Positions 17,523 to 31,700 of a stretch of DNA of 64,000 nucleotides are shown in pieces. The notes under the pieces are model-generated. The model was not told where the DNA came from and searched no databases. It worked only from the letters and a program-made list of their open reading frames with translations. The stretch lies in the NCBI RefSeq assembly GCF_009914755.1, contig NC_060930.1, one strand, 5' to 3'. The DNA comes from the human T2T-CHM13v2.0 reference genome, Homo sapiens. The position numbers and the translations under genes are program-made. Each line of letters opens with the position of its first letter. Position 1 is the first letter of the stretch.

Positions 17523-18029
17523 AACATTTTAATTCTTGTTTATTTTTTCCATATTTTTTAGTTATTTTCTTATTGTGTGCTATAAGGTTATTCATCAAAA
17601 TTCGACTTCAGCTTAATACTAACTTAATTCTGGTAAATACACAGGCATTGTGGGATTAGAAAATGTTAAATTTCTTTTTCTCGTCTTCAAGGTACAATCT
17701 TGGGAAGTCCTAGGCCTCCTTCTGTTCTTTTCTTTTTCTTGTTTTATTTTTATCAACTTTAGCTCATCAGCCAAAGGAAATGAAGGATCCATAGAGCCAA
17801 TTCCCCAATGATTAGAATTATTATTTTAAAATCTCATTGATAACTTTGACCTCTCATAATGAATTACAATTCAGCTGCTCTTACATATATTGGTGATTCT
17901 ATAGATTTTCAGGCATCAGGGCTTCAGCATTCCTACCCTTCTCTCTTTATTTTCCCCAAACAACATTCCCGTTATGTTTCAGTAAGGGGAGGTCATTCTC
18001 ACAAATTACACCATTGCCACTACATAGGT

Positions 18030-18486
18030 TGGAAGGTTCCACAACCATCCTCATATTTGGTGATTTGCTAGAAGGAAGAATTAGGAAAACTTATAGGCAG
18101 TTGTACTCATGGCTGTGGATTGGTACCAAGAAAGGATATACAACAGAAACAGCACAGCAAGGGGATAAAGACAGCTGGCAAAGAGTGTGGAGGCATGCCA
18201 TCACAGACTTCCCATACTCTCCTTAAGGGGCCACACACAGCGCTCTCCTTCTTCTATCAGTGAAACGAACACCATTTCTAGACAGGAAAGTATAATTGAG
18301 ACTCAGACTCCAAGATTTTATTGGGGGCTGGTTACACAGGCACAACTATAAAAATTTAAGATTTCCATAAGGAAAGCAGGTGTTCACCATAAATCGCATT
18401 TTCTGTACAGCAGAGACAGGGTGATACAGCAACCTTATCAATACATAGAACATCCCAAAGCCAAGTTTCTGGGAGCCAGCCAGGGA
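18030..18486 (-). mobile_element. MER21/MER68/MER77-group ERVL LTR fragment
   Basis: gatttgctagaagg...ttgtactcatggct...gaaaggata and gccaagtttctgggagccagccaggg. Confidence 0.6.
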
Positions 18487-19847
18487 CTTTATTTTCTCCT
18501 CCCTTCTAAAGCTCAGGCCTGCTATTCAAACACTCCTGCACACCCCTTGCATGCTGCCATCACTGAATTCCTACCCACTGTCAGATATCAATTTCAGTGT
18601 TTAATGCATGTTGTCCCATTAAATTTTCCCCAAAATTTATTAAGGTTATTAATTCCTTCCACTTTTCTGGTAAGAAAAGTTGCAAGGTAGAGAGAAAATT
18701 GATTTCAAAAGATCGTACAACTGGGAACGGGTAGCAAGATTTGACTTCAAGGCCTCAATTTTAATCATCACAATATACTCAGATGGTACATCTTCAGAAT
18801 AAATTTACTGAATGAGTGAATGCCAAGTGAATTGAGACTGACGGTACCATCTTATTTCCCATTATTGTATACAAATAGAGTCCTGTATTCTTACTGTAAC
18901 TCAGAATTAAATAAAGCAAAAATTATTCCCATTAGGCAGAAGAAGAAAATTAAGAGCCAAAATGTATAAAGATATACAACTATTTATTACCACTTATAAT
19001 TTAAATACTTTTTCTGGCAAGGTCCACACTTTCTACACCAGCAAATATGCATGTGCTGTTAGAACTGTTACTCTAATTAAAATGCCCAAGTACTGTTGGA
19101 AATAGGAAAACTGCTTGCAATTTTGGAGAGTATGAGAGCTCAGAAGATGAAATGTAAATCATAATAGCTTTTAGAAGACAGGTCAGCTGAAGTAGGAAAT
19201 CTTCTCTACATTCTGTTTTTCAGGGGTGACTATTAACCCAGCACACAGTAATCAGGTCACATATCACATCAAGGGAGAACCACTAGCCCAGTAACTTGTG
19301 GCAAGCTTGAACCTCACAGTGGTTCTCACAGAATGAATTACTTCAGTCTGTACTCATTTAAATTTTTTCATTGTAATACTAAAGGCTGGCATTTGTACAT
19401 AAAAATATAGAGAGAAACAACAATGTTGGAGGTTAATCCAACAATTAGTTTAATTTGACAAGAGCTGAGACATTGAAAAATATGCTGTACAAATAATTTT
19501 CTTTGCAATCCTTGAAATAATCACAAATATTTCTCCCCAAAAGAAGGCTGGCTAAGAATGTAAAACAAAAAGTGTGCTTTTACAGAAACCTTAGTTTTTA
19601 GAAAATATTAGTGTAGATTTTCTTTATAATATAGATATCTGTATTTCTTCCCAAGGTTAGCAGATTATTATAGTTAGTACAGATTTTACTGTTTATTGTT
19701 AGTCACTTAAACTAAAAAGGAAATTCCAGATTAACACACTAAACATATACTGAGTCCCTACTATCAATTAATTTACAAGCTTTCTAAGTGTTTTCGAGTG
19801 TAACTAGGGTTGAGAACTATTAAGTTACAGGTTGCCCATTCTGTGTT

Positions 19848-19906
19848 TAAGTTAACAATTTTTTAGTTAACAATATTTTAGTTAACAATTTTTTTAGTTA
19901 ACAATT
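19848..19906 (+). repeat. Four tandem copies of AGTTAACAAT plus T-run (period 15-17 bp)
   Basis: Units start at 19850, 19865, 19880 and 19897. Confidence 0.9.
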
Positions 19907-20041
19907 GTAATACATTTCTCGGCCAATGATTATCAAATGTGCATTTTCTGTAGCTACATGGCAGTCCACATAAAACAAAATATAACTTTGAAGACTACAA
20001 AGCATGCTTTTGTATAGAAGTCTTTAAATATATAACTCTAA

Positions 20042-20419
<378 letters not shown>

Positions 20420-21104
20420 TAATAAAAATATGCTTGTTGACAAACATACTATTTTTCAATTTCAATGGTAATTTTTCTTTGAGTAGGCAGAAAAAATAAC
20501 TAAGGTTCTGCAATCAGCTAAGAGACCTATTTGTTCATCACAAAGTCCTCAAAGGTGGCGTCTTTGTCTATGTAGTTGTTACTTTATTAGTTAAAACTTT
20601 CATATCCAAATTATTTGATTTGTCTTACAATGTCCTTTACAAATTATTTCTTATCTCTAGTTCCTGAGGCAGTCATTCCCTTCATAATTCCATAACTTAG
20701 AACTACTTTATCTTCCTGGAAATCTCCTTGACTATCCTTATTCATCTATTAAAATTCAATTCATGTTGGGGTCCTAACACCTCAAAGATTTTACTCCATC
20801 CTTTCTAATCAGGAGTAAAGGTCATATCTCTGGGCAAGAAAATATATTTCAGTGTATCATAATTTGCCTGATTATAAGTTCATGTAATTTACTGGTTTGT
20901 GATCTCCTCCTAGGATAGCAGTCAAACCTTATTCATTTTTATATCATATAAACCTAGCCTGGTAATGAATCTCTTAGATTTAATAGAAGATACTTGGATA
21001 ATTTTATACTAAGTTGCTTTTTTGCAAAGAGATTGAATTTAAAGTTTCTGAAGTTTCACATATTGTGCATCCTGGAAATATTTGTTTAGTTGAGTGAGTC
21101 CACA

Positions 21105-21275
21105 CACTAAGCAGTACATTAGAATTACCTTTTTGATGTAGGGCCCTGTGCCCAGAAAATTTGAGTTAGTAGGTTAACCAGGGACAAGGACTGGTAATGT
21201 GCATTTTAACACAGATATCTGGCAATTCTAATGCATGATCATAAGACTGGAAGGCCTTCAGAAACAGTGGCTTGT
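21105..21275. mobile_element. MER5-like hAT-Charlie fragment
   Basis: cattagaattacct...gtgcattttaac...ggcaattctaatgca pattern. Confidence 0.5.
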
Positions 21276-21324
21276 AATAATGCTCATATGAAAACCACCA
21301 ATTAATTCATATCATTTTTCTTTT

Positions 21325-22090
21325 AATTTGTTGATTCAATATATACTTATCCATTCTGGCACCTGCAAGGTACTAGGGGAGTACCAGTGAACAAAAGCAG
21401 CCCTGGAGTTTATTTACCCTCAGAGAGATGACAGTCTTACAGTGGTGACAGATGTTAAAAGATTATATCAATAAACATGTAATAATGATAGGGAGTGATA
21501 AGTGCTATAAAAGAAAATATAAGGGAACTGGCCTCAGTTTTCAAGGAGCAAGAAATGCTTCTATGAGAAATGACATTTAACATGGGACCACACAAAAATA
21601 AATAGAAGCTAACTAAGTGAAGAAGATACAAGAAGCAGATAGGTGATTTTTAAAAAGCATTTTGGATAAGGGGAATTCATCTAGACTGAAGCAGCAAGAC
21701 TGAGCACACCACTTTGAGAAATCAAGAGACCCTGTGACTGGGTTGATAGAGATCTTTGTAAGGTAAATTCAGAGTATGTATGAGAGTAGAGGTGGGACTC
21801 ACTGAGGCTTTGAAGTCAGGTAAAGGATTTTGATTATTATTTTAAAAAGAATGGGAAGGTCTCAAGAAAGAGATTCACATGATCAGATCTGAATTTTGGA
21901 AAGAACACTGGCTGCTATGTAAAAACTCAGTAGGATTGGGGTAGAGAGTGTGTGTGCTGGGGAGAAAAGTGGGAGAAGGCAGACCAGGCAGAAGTTTAAT
22001 ACAGGAAATAAAAGAAATATTGGTATCTTGGACTATAGTGGCAGCCAGGGATGAAGGGAAGAAGGCATAGTCAAGACAGACTGAGAATTA
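21325..22090 (-). mobile_element. L2 LINE 3' fragment
   Basis: gtactagggg...cagtgaacaaaa...catgatcagatctgaattttggaaagaacactggctgct is typical antisense L2. Confidence 0.75.
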
Positions 22091-22540
22091 ATAGCTACTT
22101 TTGAGTCTCTCAAAAAGAAACTTGTTTTCTGACTTCTTCTAAATGAGATAACTGGTTTGCTTCATGTAGTAGAGGGTTGAAGATACAAGATTGTTGCATG
22201 TTAATAGTGCATAGAAGAGGAAATATATTGAAATAAAAAACAAAAGTGCTTTCAATTCAAAGGACTCATGTCCCAGCTCTGAAAACCCCATTGATTTGTC
22301 CCCTGAGTAAATCTCCTAAGCACTCTGTTCCTTAATCACTAGTAAGGAAAATGGGGACAGCCCTCAGAAAATGCAAGTGCTGATATAGTTTTATAGGATG
22401 ATACTATTTCTTATTTTTTATAGCACTAGTCATGGGTACTATTTGATTGCGATTTAAAAACTGGACTCTCCAAGCCTTAATACTCAAAGACTATTTCCAG
22501 AAATCCACTTGATATGTTATACAACATCAATCAGATCTTC

Positions 22541-22700
22541 ATTTATTTTTATTTTTTGACTTTTATCTTCAGTTCAGAGGTATATTTGAAGGTTTGTTGC
22601 TTAGGTAAACTTGTGTCGTCGGGCTTGTTATACAGATGATTTAATCACCCAGATATTAAGCATAGTACCCATTAGTTATTTTTCCTAATCCTCTCCCTTT
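22541..22700 (-). mobile_element. Short 5'-truncated L1PA13-16 3' end
   Basis: T-rich tail followed by ggtttgttgcttaggtaaacttgtgtc...catagtacccattagttattttt. Confidence 0.75.
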
Positions 22701-23218
22701 CAGACAACATCTTTGCCACATTTTCTCATTCATTTTTCTGAAATATTTTAAGGTAAACTTTGTAGCCTCTTCCTCCTCTCAAAACAAACTCCTCCACCTA
22801 ATATTAGGTTTAATGATAAGTGATAGCGATATAATTACCTCTCTATTTAGTTAAATGATAGATGATAAGAAGTAACTATTAAAATGACAGTTTAATGTAA
22901 TGAAAGTGCACATTTCATTTCATGTGCTACATAGTCCTTAACTTTTTGGAAATGGTTGATAGGGATAAATGCTAAGACAGAAGTGTTTTCTATAAGGATT
23001 TCCAGCCTCTTCAAGAATTAACCAATTATTCTTTATTTAAAATAATTAAGTCACTATATATATTGACTCAATAATTAAGTCAATTCATATATATTGACTG
23101 CCTTTGCAGCACATATAAGCACAGTGCCCTAAAGGACAATGTAAGCCTGTTATTGAAGAAAATGTTATCAGGAAAGATTTGATAGAGAAAGTAGCATTTA
23201 AGGTGATACTGGAAGGAG

Positions 23219-23675
23219 TATATTACATTCCCAGGCTGGCCTTGACAAAGTATCAAAAACTGGATGGCTTAAAATAACAGAAATTTATTGTCTCGAGGTT
23301 TTGGAACTTGGAATTCCAAAATCAAGGTGTTGGCAGGGCCATGCTGTCTCTCTGAGCATCATTTCTTACCTCTTCTATCTTCTGATGTTTGCTAACAATC
23401 CTTGGCTTGTGAATCCATGACTCCAGTCACATGGCCATTTTCTCCCTGTGTCTCTTCACATCCTCTGCCAGCTCTGTGTGTTTACATGTATCTGTTTACA
23501 AATTTCCCCTTTTTATAAGGACACTAGTCATATTGGACTAGGGTCCACCCTACTGGCTTCATTTAAACCTGATTATTTCTATAAAGACACTATTTCCAAA
23601 TTATTCACATTCCACGTACTAAGAGTAGGACTTCACCACATCTTTGTGGGAGACGAGAATTCAACCATTCAACCA
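23219..23675 (-). mobile_element. MLT1 (MLT1C-like) ERVL-MaLR solo LTR
   Basis: ggcttaaaataacagaaatttattgtctc...caaggtgttggcagggccatgct...tataaggacactagtcatattgga...aattcaacc. Confidence 0.82.
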
Positions 23676-26600
23676 GAATTCAACACTGGCTAATTAAGCT
23701 AATGGTAGTAGAGCAGGAGCAAGAGAATTAGAGTTAAATGAGCTAACTGTATCATTACTGCCTTGAAATTTACCCTGAAAATAAGAGTAAAATGTGGCTC
23801 ATCAACAGGAGAATTTTATACCCTTCATAATGGTATCACTAACTGTTCTGAATATTTCACAGGAGAGACAGGAAGGGTTTCAGCTAATGATATTGAAAAG
23901 TGAGATGCAGCAATATTTCTAGTACCCACTGTTGGGGACTTCTCTCTTCTTTCTTCCCCTCTCCTGCTGTCAGCTGCCTCTCTGAGTCACTATTCTGTCA
24001 CTTGATGTAGGAGTGTATGAATTTTTCATTCTAAAAGCCCATTCGCTAGGCAGAAATTCTCAGTGTTTTCAGTGAGATACCTCAGAACAGAACATGACCA
24101 TTTGCAACACGCTATTGGGAATTCTTCGCTAGCTCAAATTCCTGTTCTTTCTTTTTCTCAAGAGCTTATCAGAGGACATGGGAATAAAAGTGAGTGTTTT
24201 TTTGTTTTTTTGAAAGACGTCTTTGATACAAAGCATATAATATTATATTTATCCTAAAAGTGAATTACTAAAATATGAGGACTTGGATAATCACTGTTTA
24301 TCCATGTTTTGACAAATGTCTTAACCTTTGTAATCTCAGTCACCAGTCTTAAAAACACCTGACAATTCATGTCTTACAAATCTTCCATTCATTTATTCCT
24401 AAAGCCACCAAGTCAACTTATATTTAATGCTTGACATATACTTGGCATTGCACTGGGTGATGAAAACACAAACAGGAAGCCACTGGCCTTGCTTTTAAGC
24501 AGTTTCTAGTCTATACATAAGCTCTCAGGGGAGCATGAAGTTAACAGTCATTCTATCTTGATGACGCTGACCTCACCCAATAAGATGCACAAACAGAAAT
24601 GTCTGGAAAACGGAAGCAATGTTAAAAATGGTCAAGAAGTATAAAAATAAACTAAAGAAAATTTGCTTTATATCTTATCTGTAGACAAGTTGTGTTTCTA
24701 GGCATTTTCCTTACTATCTGATCCAGTACCTTCTATCAATCAAGAAATACATTTGCATTTTTTATTTGAATTAAAAACATACCCTAGACTCTCATTTTTC
24801 TCAGATCTGTGGGGCTGATTCTAAGAATATGAGGCTGTATGGCAATTATGGGCCCCGCACTTTAATTTGAAAGAACTTTTTAATTATAAGAAATGTGGAG
24901 AGTGTGGTAAGGAAGAATTTGTTAACAGAAGTGGATCTTTTGGGTTCTTAGGCACAGGGGTTAGAAAGCTGTAAAGAGCTAATGCATGGGCCAGTAAAGT
25001 GGGAAGTTTAAGGGACAAAGGTGGAGAAAAAAAGTTTTTCAGGGTCATCAAAAGATACTCTGATTAATGAAACATAATAGTAGATGAAACATGTTAAGGC
25101 TGAGAGAAGATGTGATGATCCAGATAACCATAGCCAAACCCACTCAGTCCACAGATACTCAGTGACACAATGAACTTCCTGGTTCATTTTAACTATGATA
25201 AAAGTGGCGGCTGAAGTCCAGTGCTTGTGAGTGTCCAGCAAAGTTACTGTCAAGGATATTATCAGTTTTGCGTTTAGAAAAACAGTATCCCTTCAAAATA
25301 TCTTCCTTGAGAGATGGGAATCAAACAATTATGTAACTATTACTTTGGGCAAAATTATAAACGAAATAAAATAACAGAAAATGTATGAGGACAATAAACT
25401 GTGTAACTTCAGCCCACTGTAGTTGTCTGCTGCTCTTTTCTAAGGATGGAGGAGAGAAAGTCAGGAAAATTAAACTTGCTGTGTTTCTAGTTAAGTTGGC
25501 AACCATGAATGCATCTCATGCTTCAGATACCCACTGGGAACGTTTTAAGTAACTGCCATTGGCTCAGGCCTGGAAACACTATGCCCCTCTCTCTACTGAT
25601 AAAACACATAAAAATTTGTTAGCAAAACACAAGTAGCAGCATGTTACTTAATGATTCTGATGATAAAAATCGTGCCTGCAAAGTGTGAGAGTTGGCATGA
25701 GCAAAGGATTGTTTAAGTCAAAGGTTCAAAGCTGGATTTTTTTTTTTCTTGAAATTCCATTCTTCATGGAATCCAAGAGATTTTTGGAAAAAGATGACCA
25801 AGGGAAAGGAACACTGAGGAAGATAAAGTGCTACAACCTATAAGGAAATACTAAGGAGCTATTACACAAAGGAAAAACTAACAGTTTATATGCCCAGGAC
25901 AGAAATTGATGGTTTGGGGAGTAATGTTATTAAATAGTTCCCTGGGGAGGTATATTTACTATGACTTTGTTATTTTAATATTTAATATTTCTTCATGGAA
26001 TGGAATTTTGAGAAAACAAAATCCAGCTTTGAACCTCTGACTTAGGCAATTCATTCCTTTGTACCCAACCTTTGACCTTTGTGATCAAAGCTAATAGGAG
26101 AATCTGTCTCATGCTCTCCTGCTCTCCTGCTCTCTATTCCTCTGGCTATCCTTTCTCTTCTCCTTTGGTTCTTCATAACTGTCCCCATCTCCCAGCCATT
26201 AAAAAGTGCCAAAATTCTTTTTACATATTGGAAGTTTCTTTGGCCCCCTTTTCTGCCTGTTTTTACTACTGCGTAGAGGAGAAAGGAAAATTTGAGTCCT
26301 GAAATTAGGGGAAAGAAAACCTAATTACCATTTATTTTATTTGTTGTTGTTGTAGTTTTTCCAAAGAAGAAAAAATAAATAAATAAGACAAAACTACATC
26401 ATACTGAATGGTTAATTGCTTTCCAGGTGCTCTTACGAAATACACTTAACAGATCTGTATACCTCTTGCTAAGGAAATGGTGAACTTACTACCCAAAAGA
26501 GCAAGTGACCATAATCTTGGCTATATTACAATGCCATAATTCATATTTTACTAATTAAACCATGGAAGGTACATTTCCATTTGTCTCTTTCCAATCCCTG

Positions 26601-28029
26601 TATTTCAGCAGAGGCAAAGGTATTCTTAGCACACATACATAAGTAACCTAATTCCAAGACAATAAGACCATCACTTACATTTCAGTCTCAGTCCATTTTT
26701 AATATTTTCCTTAGTGGTCTAGAAAAGAAGACTAGCTAATATGAAATGAATGGTATTTTTTAAATAATCTGTTCAGGGATACAGATATCATTCATGAAGG
26801 GTTACATATCTCTCTATAAATGCCATTTGTACTATGTAGACTGGGAGTGGGTGTTTTCATGGTTGGCATTTTATTCGTTTCTCTGAATGAATACAAAGAA
26901 ACCTGACCTTTAGCTCTTTCACTTTCCTCTTAATCAAGATATTACTAATGGGTTTCCCTGAACCCTAAAGGCCAGAAGGAAATACTTAAAATACACTGTT
27001 ATTAGACCCAATCCAAATGCGATTTACATGCATGAAGATCAGTGTTTGCATTAAAATTCCCGGTATGGTATAGACCTTCTCAGTGGTAAAAGGTCCTCAT
27101 ATAGGATAGGTTGAAAACCTTCACCACCAAATTTTAGAAAACATTATGTTTATCTTGGCCCCTCCAAAAATATATTTTGCTCTGAACTATAACGAATTGT
27201 TAACCTGACATAACATCATTTTATCTCCTATAACTGCATCTAAATATCTATCTTAATAAAGGCTTATTAAAGTTTTTCTATGTGGAATAATTGAATATTA
27301 GAAAGTTTATTAGTTTTCAATCAATTGGTCTTTTCTTGGAAGGTAAAATACAGATTTCTGGTGAGTTTAGCAATTTACTCTATGGTTTTCTACCCATAAA
27401 GAAAGGAGTTATGATAGTATACAGGCAACCAAGATAAATCTCTCACTGATGATGGCGGATTTATAACAAGGCTTTGTAAATTGAATATTCATGTTACAAA
27501 AAGTTCTCTTAAACATGAACGATATACAATAACATCATAATTCATTTTTCTTCCTTTACTTCTGTTCACTACAACACTGATGTATTTATTTCTTCTCCTT
27601 TCACTTTTATACGCTTGACTTATAATTTCTTAAAATGGAAGATATACTTTAATATGCAATAAGGTGTGTGCACATTACATGTATATGTATGTGATTATAT
27701 CACTGTAATCAGAGTAGCTGATTCGATTTTGACTGGAGCATAGCAAATTTAACATTTTCTCTTAGGAATAAAACACTTCAATTATTACAAATCCTGAATG
27801 AGTAAATAACTGATATAAAAGCTCACATGACATAAGTATAAATCTTAAATGGTAAGGAGGAAGGTGGTTCTCTATAGTATTTCAGAACTAAAAATATCTT
27901 TTTGATATTCTCTATTGTATTTATCTTTCAACCCTTTTGTGAGAGATGGGACAATCAAATTGGTTTAGAAGCACCTATAGGAATGTTAGAAAACATTCTG
28001 ATTTATTGGTCTATTTTGTGATGAATATT

Positions 28030-28460
28030 TGACCCAGACAGTATTTGTAAACTGGGAAATTTCATATAATCTGAATTTCCAGATTTTCTTAAAAAATCAG
28101 AAGATGGCAACATCGAACCCATGTTCTTTATAGTAAATAACTAGATGGTTCTTAGTAGCAGAATTTTTCAATAAAAAGGGGAATACCTTTCCCTAACTTA
28201 AGCATTTCCAATGGCTACAAAAGCCAGGATGGTAAAGAAAATAAATGAAGTCAGCAAGACATAACACATTAGGGTGCTGACAGGCTGCAACAAATTCACG
28301 TTGTGTCTTACAGGAAGCACCTGCTACTCTGCACTAACCAAGTGTTTACTACAAAGGAATGCTGTCTCAATAGTGCCACATCTTCCTATTTTCCAAGAAA
28401 ATCTAGACGCTCAGATTATTATCTTAACTCTCCCAGTTTCCAAGTGTTGTTTGGATCACA
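28030..28460. mobile_element. Ancient non-autonomous DNA transposon with long inverted termini (MER112/MER113-like)
   Basis: 28045-28112 (aaactgggaaattt...agattttcttaaaaaatcagaagatggca) is a degenerate reverse complement of 28373-28445. Confidence 0.55.
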
Positions 28461-28517
28461 TGTTGGTTGATTGGATCTAGTATGAAGACCACGTTTGCGA
28501 CCACTAAGGAAGATTGT

Positions 28518-28760
28518 TTTTTAAAAAATGTTTATTATGGAGAATTTCGAACACATATAAAAGTGAACAGAATAGTGTGAGGAGCTTCCTTGTGCCCTAT
28601 GGACAGCTATGGTTAGCTGTGACCTATCCACACACCATTCACTCCTCCTATCCTGTAGTATTTAGAAGCTAATTGCAAACATTATATTGTATCATTTATA
28701 AATATTTTCAAACATATTAAACTCACTTTTAGAAAAATAACATGGTAATACATTTTAGCC
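28518..28760 (-). mobile_element. L1M (L1MC-like) 3'UTR fragment
   Basis: tttattatggagaatttcgaacacatataaaagtgaacagaatagt... Confidence 0.55.
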
Positions 28761-31700
28761 AAAAGAAGAATCTATCTACCAAGGTACATGCACAAAACTG
28801 GTCCACCAATGTTTTATCTGATAAATCACCAAAGTTAAAAACTTAGAGAGCATTGAAAACTACTCAAAAACTAAGTATAGTTTTCAAAAAGCAGACAGCA
28901 ATGATATGGTTGGCCTTTTGGATTCCTGTCTCATTCTACTACTTCCTACCAGTGAGAATGAAATGGGGTATTTGCTCATTTGGGCATCATCTTGGTTAGA
29001 ACTTTTAAAAACTTTATCATTGTGGTTTCAAATTCTAGCTCATTTGTAACAGTTGTCAGAGAATTATAATGTAAGTTCTAGTGTCCTATGAATCTCTAGT
29101 TGAGCAAGAACAGAACTGATGATTGAAAGAAAGCATCCGTTCGTATCTTGCTGATGAAATAATATTAAGAACCCTCACTCAGCTGATAGCTAGTGCACGT
29201 GAAAGGGTTTATCCCATTTGCTCCTCATTTACACTGCATAAATCCAACATAAGGGTTTTGAATGTGGTCAATAGTTTTAATGAATACCCTTCTAAATCCT
29301 ATTGTTTATAAAGTTGTCCATAAAGAGTTAGTGAAGCTTGAGTATAAGCCCCTCACTTATTTCCAACTCATATGGTAAAATACTAGCTCTTTGTACATAA
29401 ACTTTCTTTCTTTAAAAAATCATTTACATTAAGTACAAATTTATTTTTACCTAATATGTAGAAAAAGTAGATATCCTCAGAGACTCCATTATATATTTCA
29501 TTTGAATAAAAGTAGCAGAGGACAATTATTTGCTATTCTGAATAATTTTTTTAAGAACATGTATCTTATTCTGTAAGACATTTTACATTTTGGACTGCTT
29601 TGCCCCTGAAAGCCACCATTAAATAAAAAATACAATGATTTTCTAAAAAAGAATGAATTTCACATAATTATAATGTGTGTATTCATAGGACATCAATATT
29701 ATAATGATTTTGTCTGGCTCTATGTAGCAATTTGAAAATGAAGCTACAATAATCATCCCTTTTTCCTTCATTTTTAGATTCAACTGAAGTGTTGGACTTC
29801 ATTAACCTTGTTGGAAACTTAGGAATATAATAAAACTGCTTTGAATGTTCCCTTTAACCTATGATTTAGATGGAACTGAAATTCAAAGCAAAATGGAATT
29901 GAAACTAGACAACACATACATTGGTGGAATTAAGAACGTAGTGCAATTTCATGCCATGGTGACTTTATCACACTCGCCATAGCACGGGGGTAATACTCTC
30001 AGGAAGAAGAGCAAGTGTAATCACAAAGCTTCCATTTAATTATGTTTATATAAGTAACCAAAACTTTATGTCATTTTTGATAGTTTATACCTGGATACTC
30101 AGTATTTTTTTCCAGCAGGAGGCTGGTATATCAGTAGCCCCATCCATTGCACCTCTTGGGTTTGTTAAGTAACAGTGGGGAATACAGGAGAACTTGCACT
30201 GTTGTTTGGGTAGCTGGCCTTTCCAGTCACAACTATTCCCACCAAAGCTTCAGCATGCACCTGCCAATCATCCTAATGAGAAACATCTGGTCATTTAATT
30301 GAGCAACTCTAGAATGTTTACAGACATAAGCTCCATTCCCAATAAGACCAAGGATTTTAGGCAGGAAAGCATCATAACTACATATTGGTATATGGTAATA
30401 TGAGGCTGAATGGCAGACAAGTAACTAAAATAATAGGAACTTCTTTATGCAGCTACAAAGAAACCACCTTTCCAGACCATTCTCCCTGCTCATTTGCCTT
30501 AACTTTGCTGAGAATGATAGTTGCCGGTTTAAATAGAAATGAGATGGAGGACTGCTGGAAGAAGAAACTTGTTTCTCTTTTAAAATCAATCTTGATTTGA
30601 ATAAAGGATGAAAACATGGATACAGACTGTTGACAACTGGATGCTACACCAGTGATATTTGACAGATGAGAATCTGATTAACGGTCCTACAGAAAAAAAA
30701 ATGTCATAAAATGGATTAATATATTAAAATCTTAGGGAAATGATTTATTTACCACAAAATAATTTATATGGTTCTTCATATAAATTTTTTAGTTATATCA
30801 AATATATATGACAGTTATAAAATATTTACCATTTTTGCTACTTCAATTGATTTTTGCTTCCTCAACATGCAGTAAATATGTAATGTTTTCAATTAGATTA
30901 TTCCAGGAAATAGAATCAAATATCCATATTAACGATGCAAATTTATGATAAAATTATCATATGAAAATATTTTACTAGGTAATACATGAAGAATAATACT
31001 TTGCTCACCAATGAAACGCAATTATCTCTAGGTTGAATGACAGAGTTTCAGAGCCTAGAACAGCAATACAAAAAGAAAATAACTTCCCCAAGCTGAATCA
31101 GAGAGGGATTTTAGGTATGCAGAATTTAATTACGCTCATTAGTATTAGGCCAGGAGGGAAAGCTTTATTCTAATGAGAAGCCTGATAATGCTTTCAATGA
31201 TCACGAGCATATTTGGCTATTCCATGTCATCTGTTAAAACAGCTTCTTTCCTAGAACAATGACCTCTGTCCAGAAGCATGTGCTAACATATAATGGTTTT
31301 GTTTAATAAGTCTAATTATTTTTCTTGTCCATATTTTATCCCCAAACTGACCAGGCCTGGTCCTCCTGTCACACAAGGGTTCATGATCAGGGCACGATAA
31401 AACATGTATTAAACTTTCCTGTGTGTTTTCAAATCAACACTTTCAATCAGACTAATACTTAAGAGACAGCCTGAACCAATAAAATACACACCACTGACTC
31501 TAATCCCCACTGTCTTCTAAAGTATAAAACTCTAGACAGGATAAAGAGAAGCTTTCATTTTGTTAATTTAATGAATCTGTATTTATTATTTGTATCTTCC
31601 TAGACTCTGAACTGCTTTTGAAGGAAAATAGTTTAAATTGTGTCTGTGACCAAAGAGAGTAAAACAGGAGGTATTATGAATAAAGAGTAGAGAGGAGTAA

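Noticed and set aside
19848-19906. CRISPR-like repeat array
   Set aside because: Units are separated only by T-runs with no unique spacers, and the context is human.
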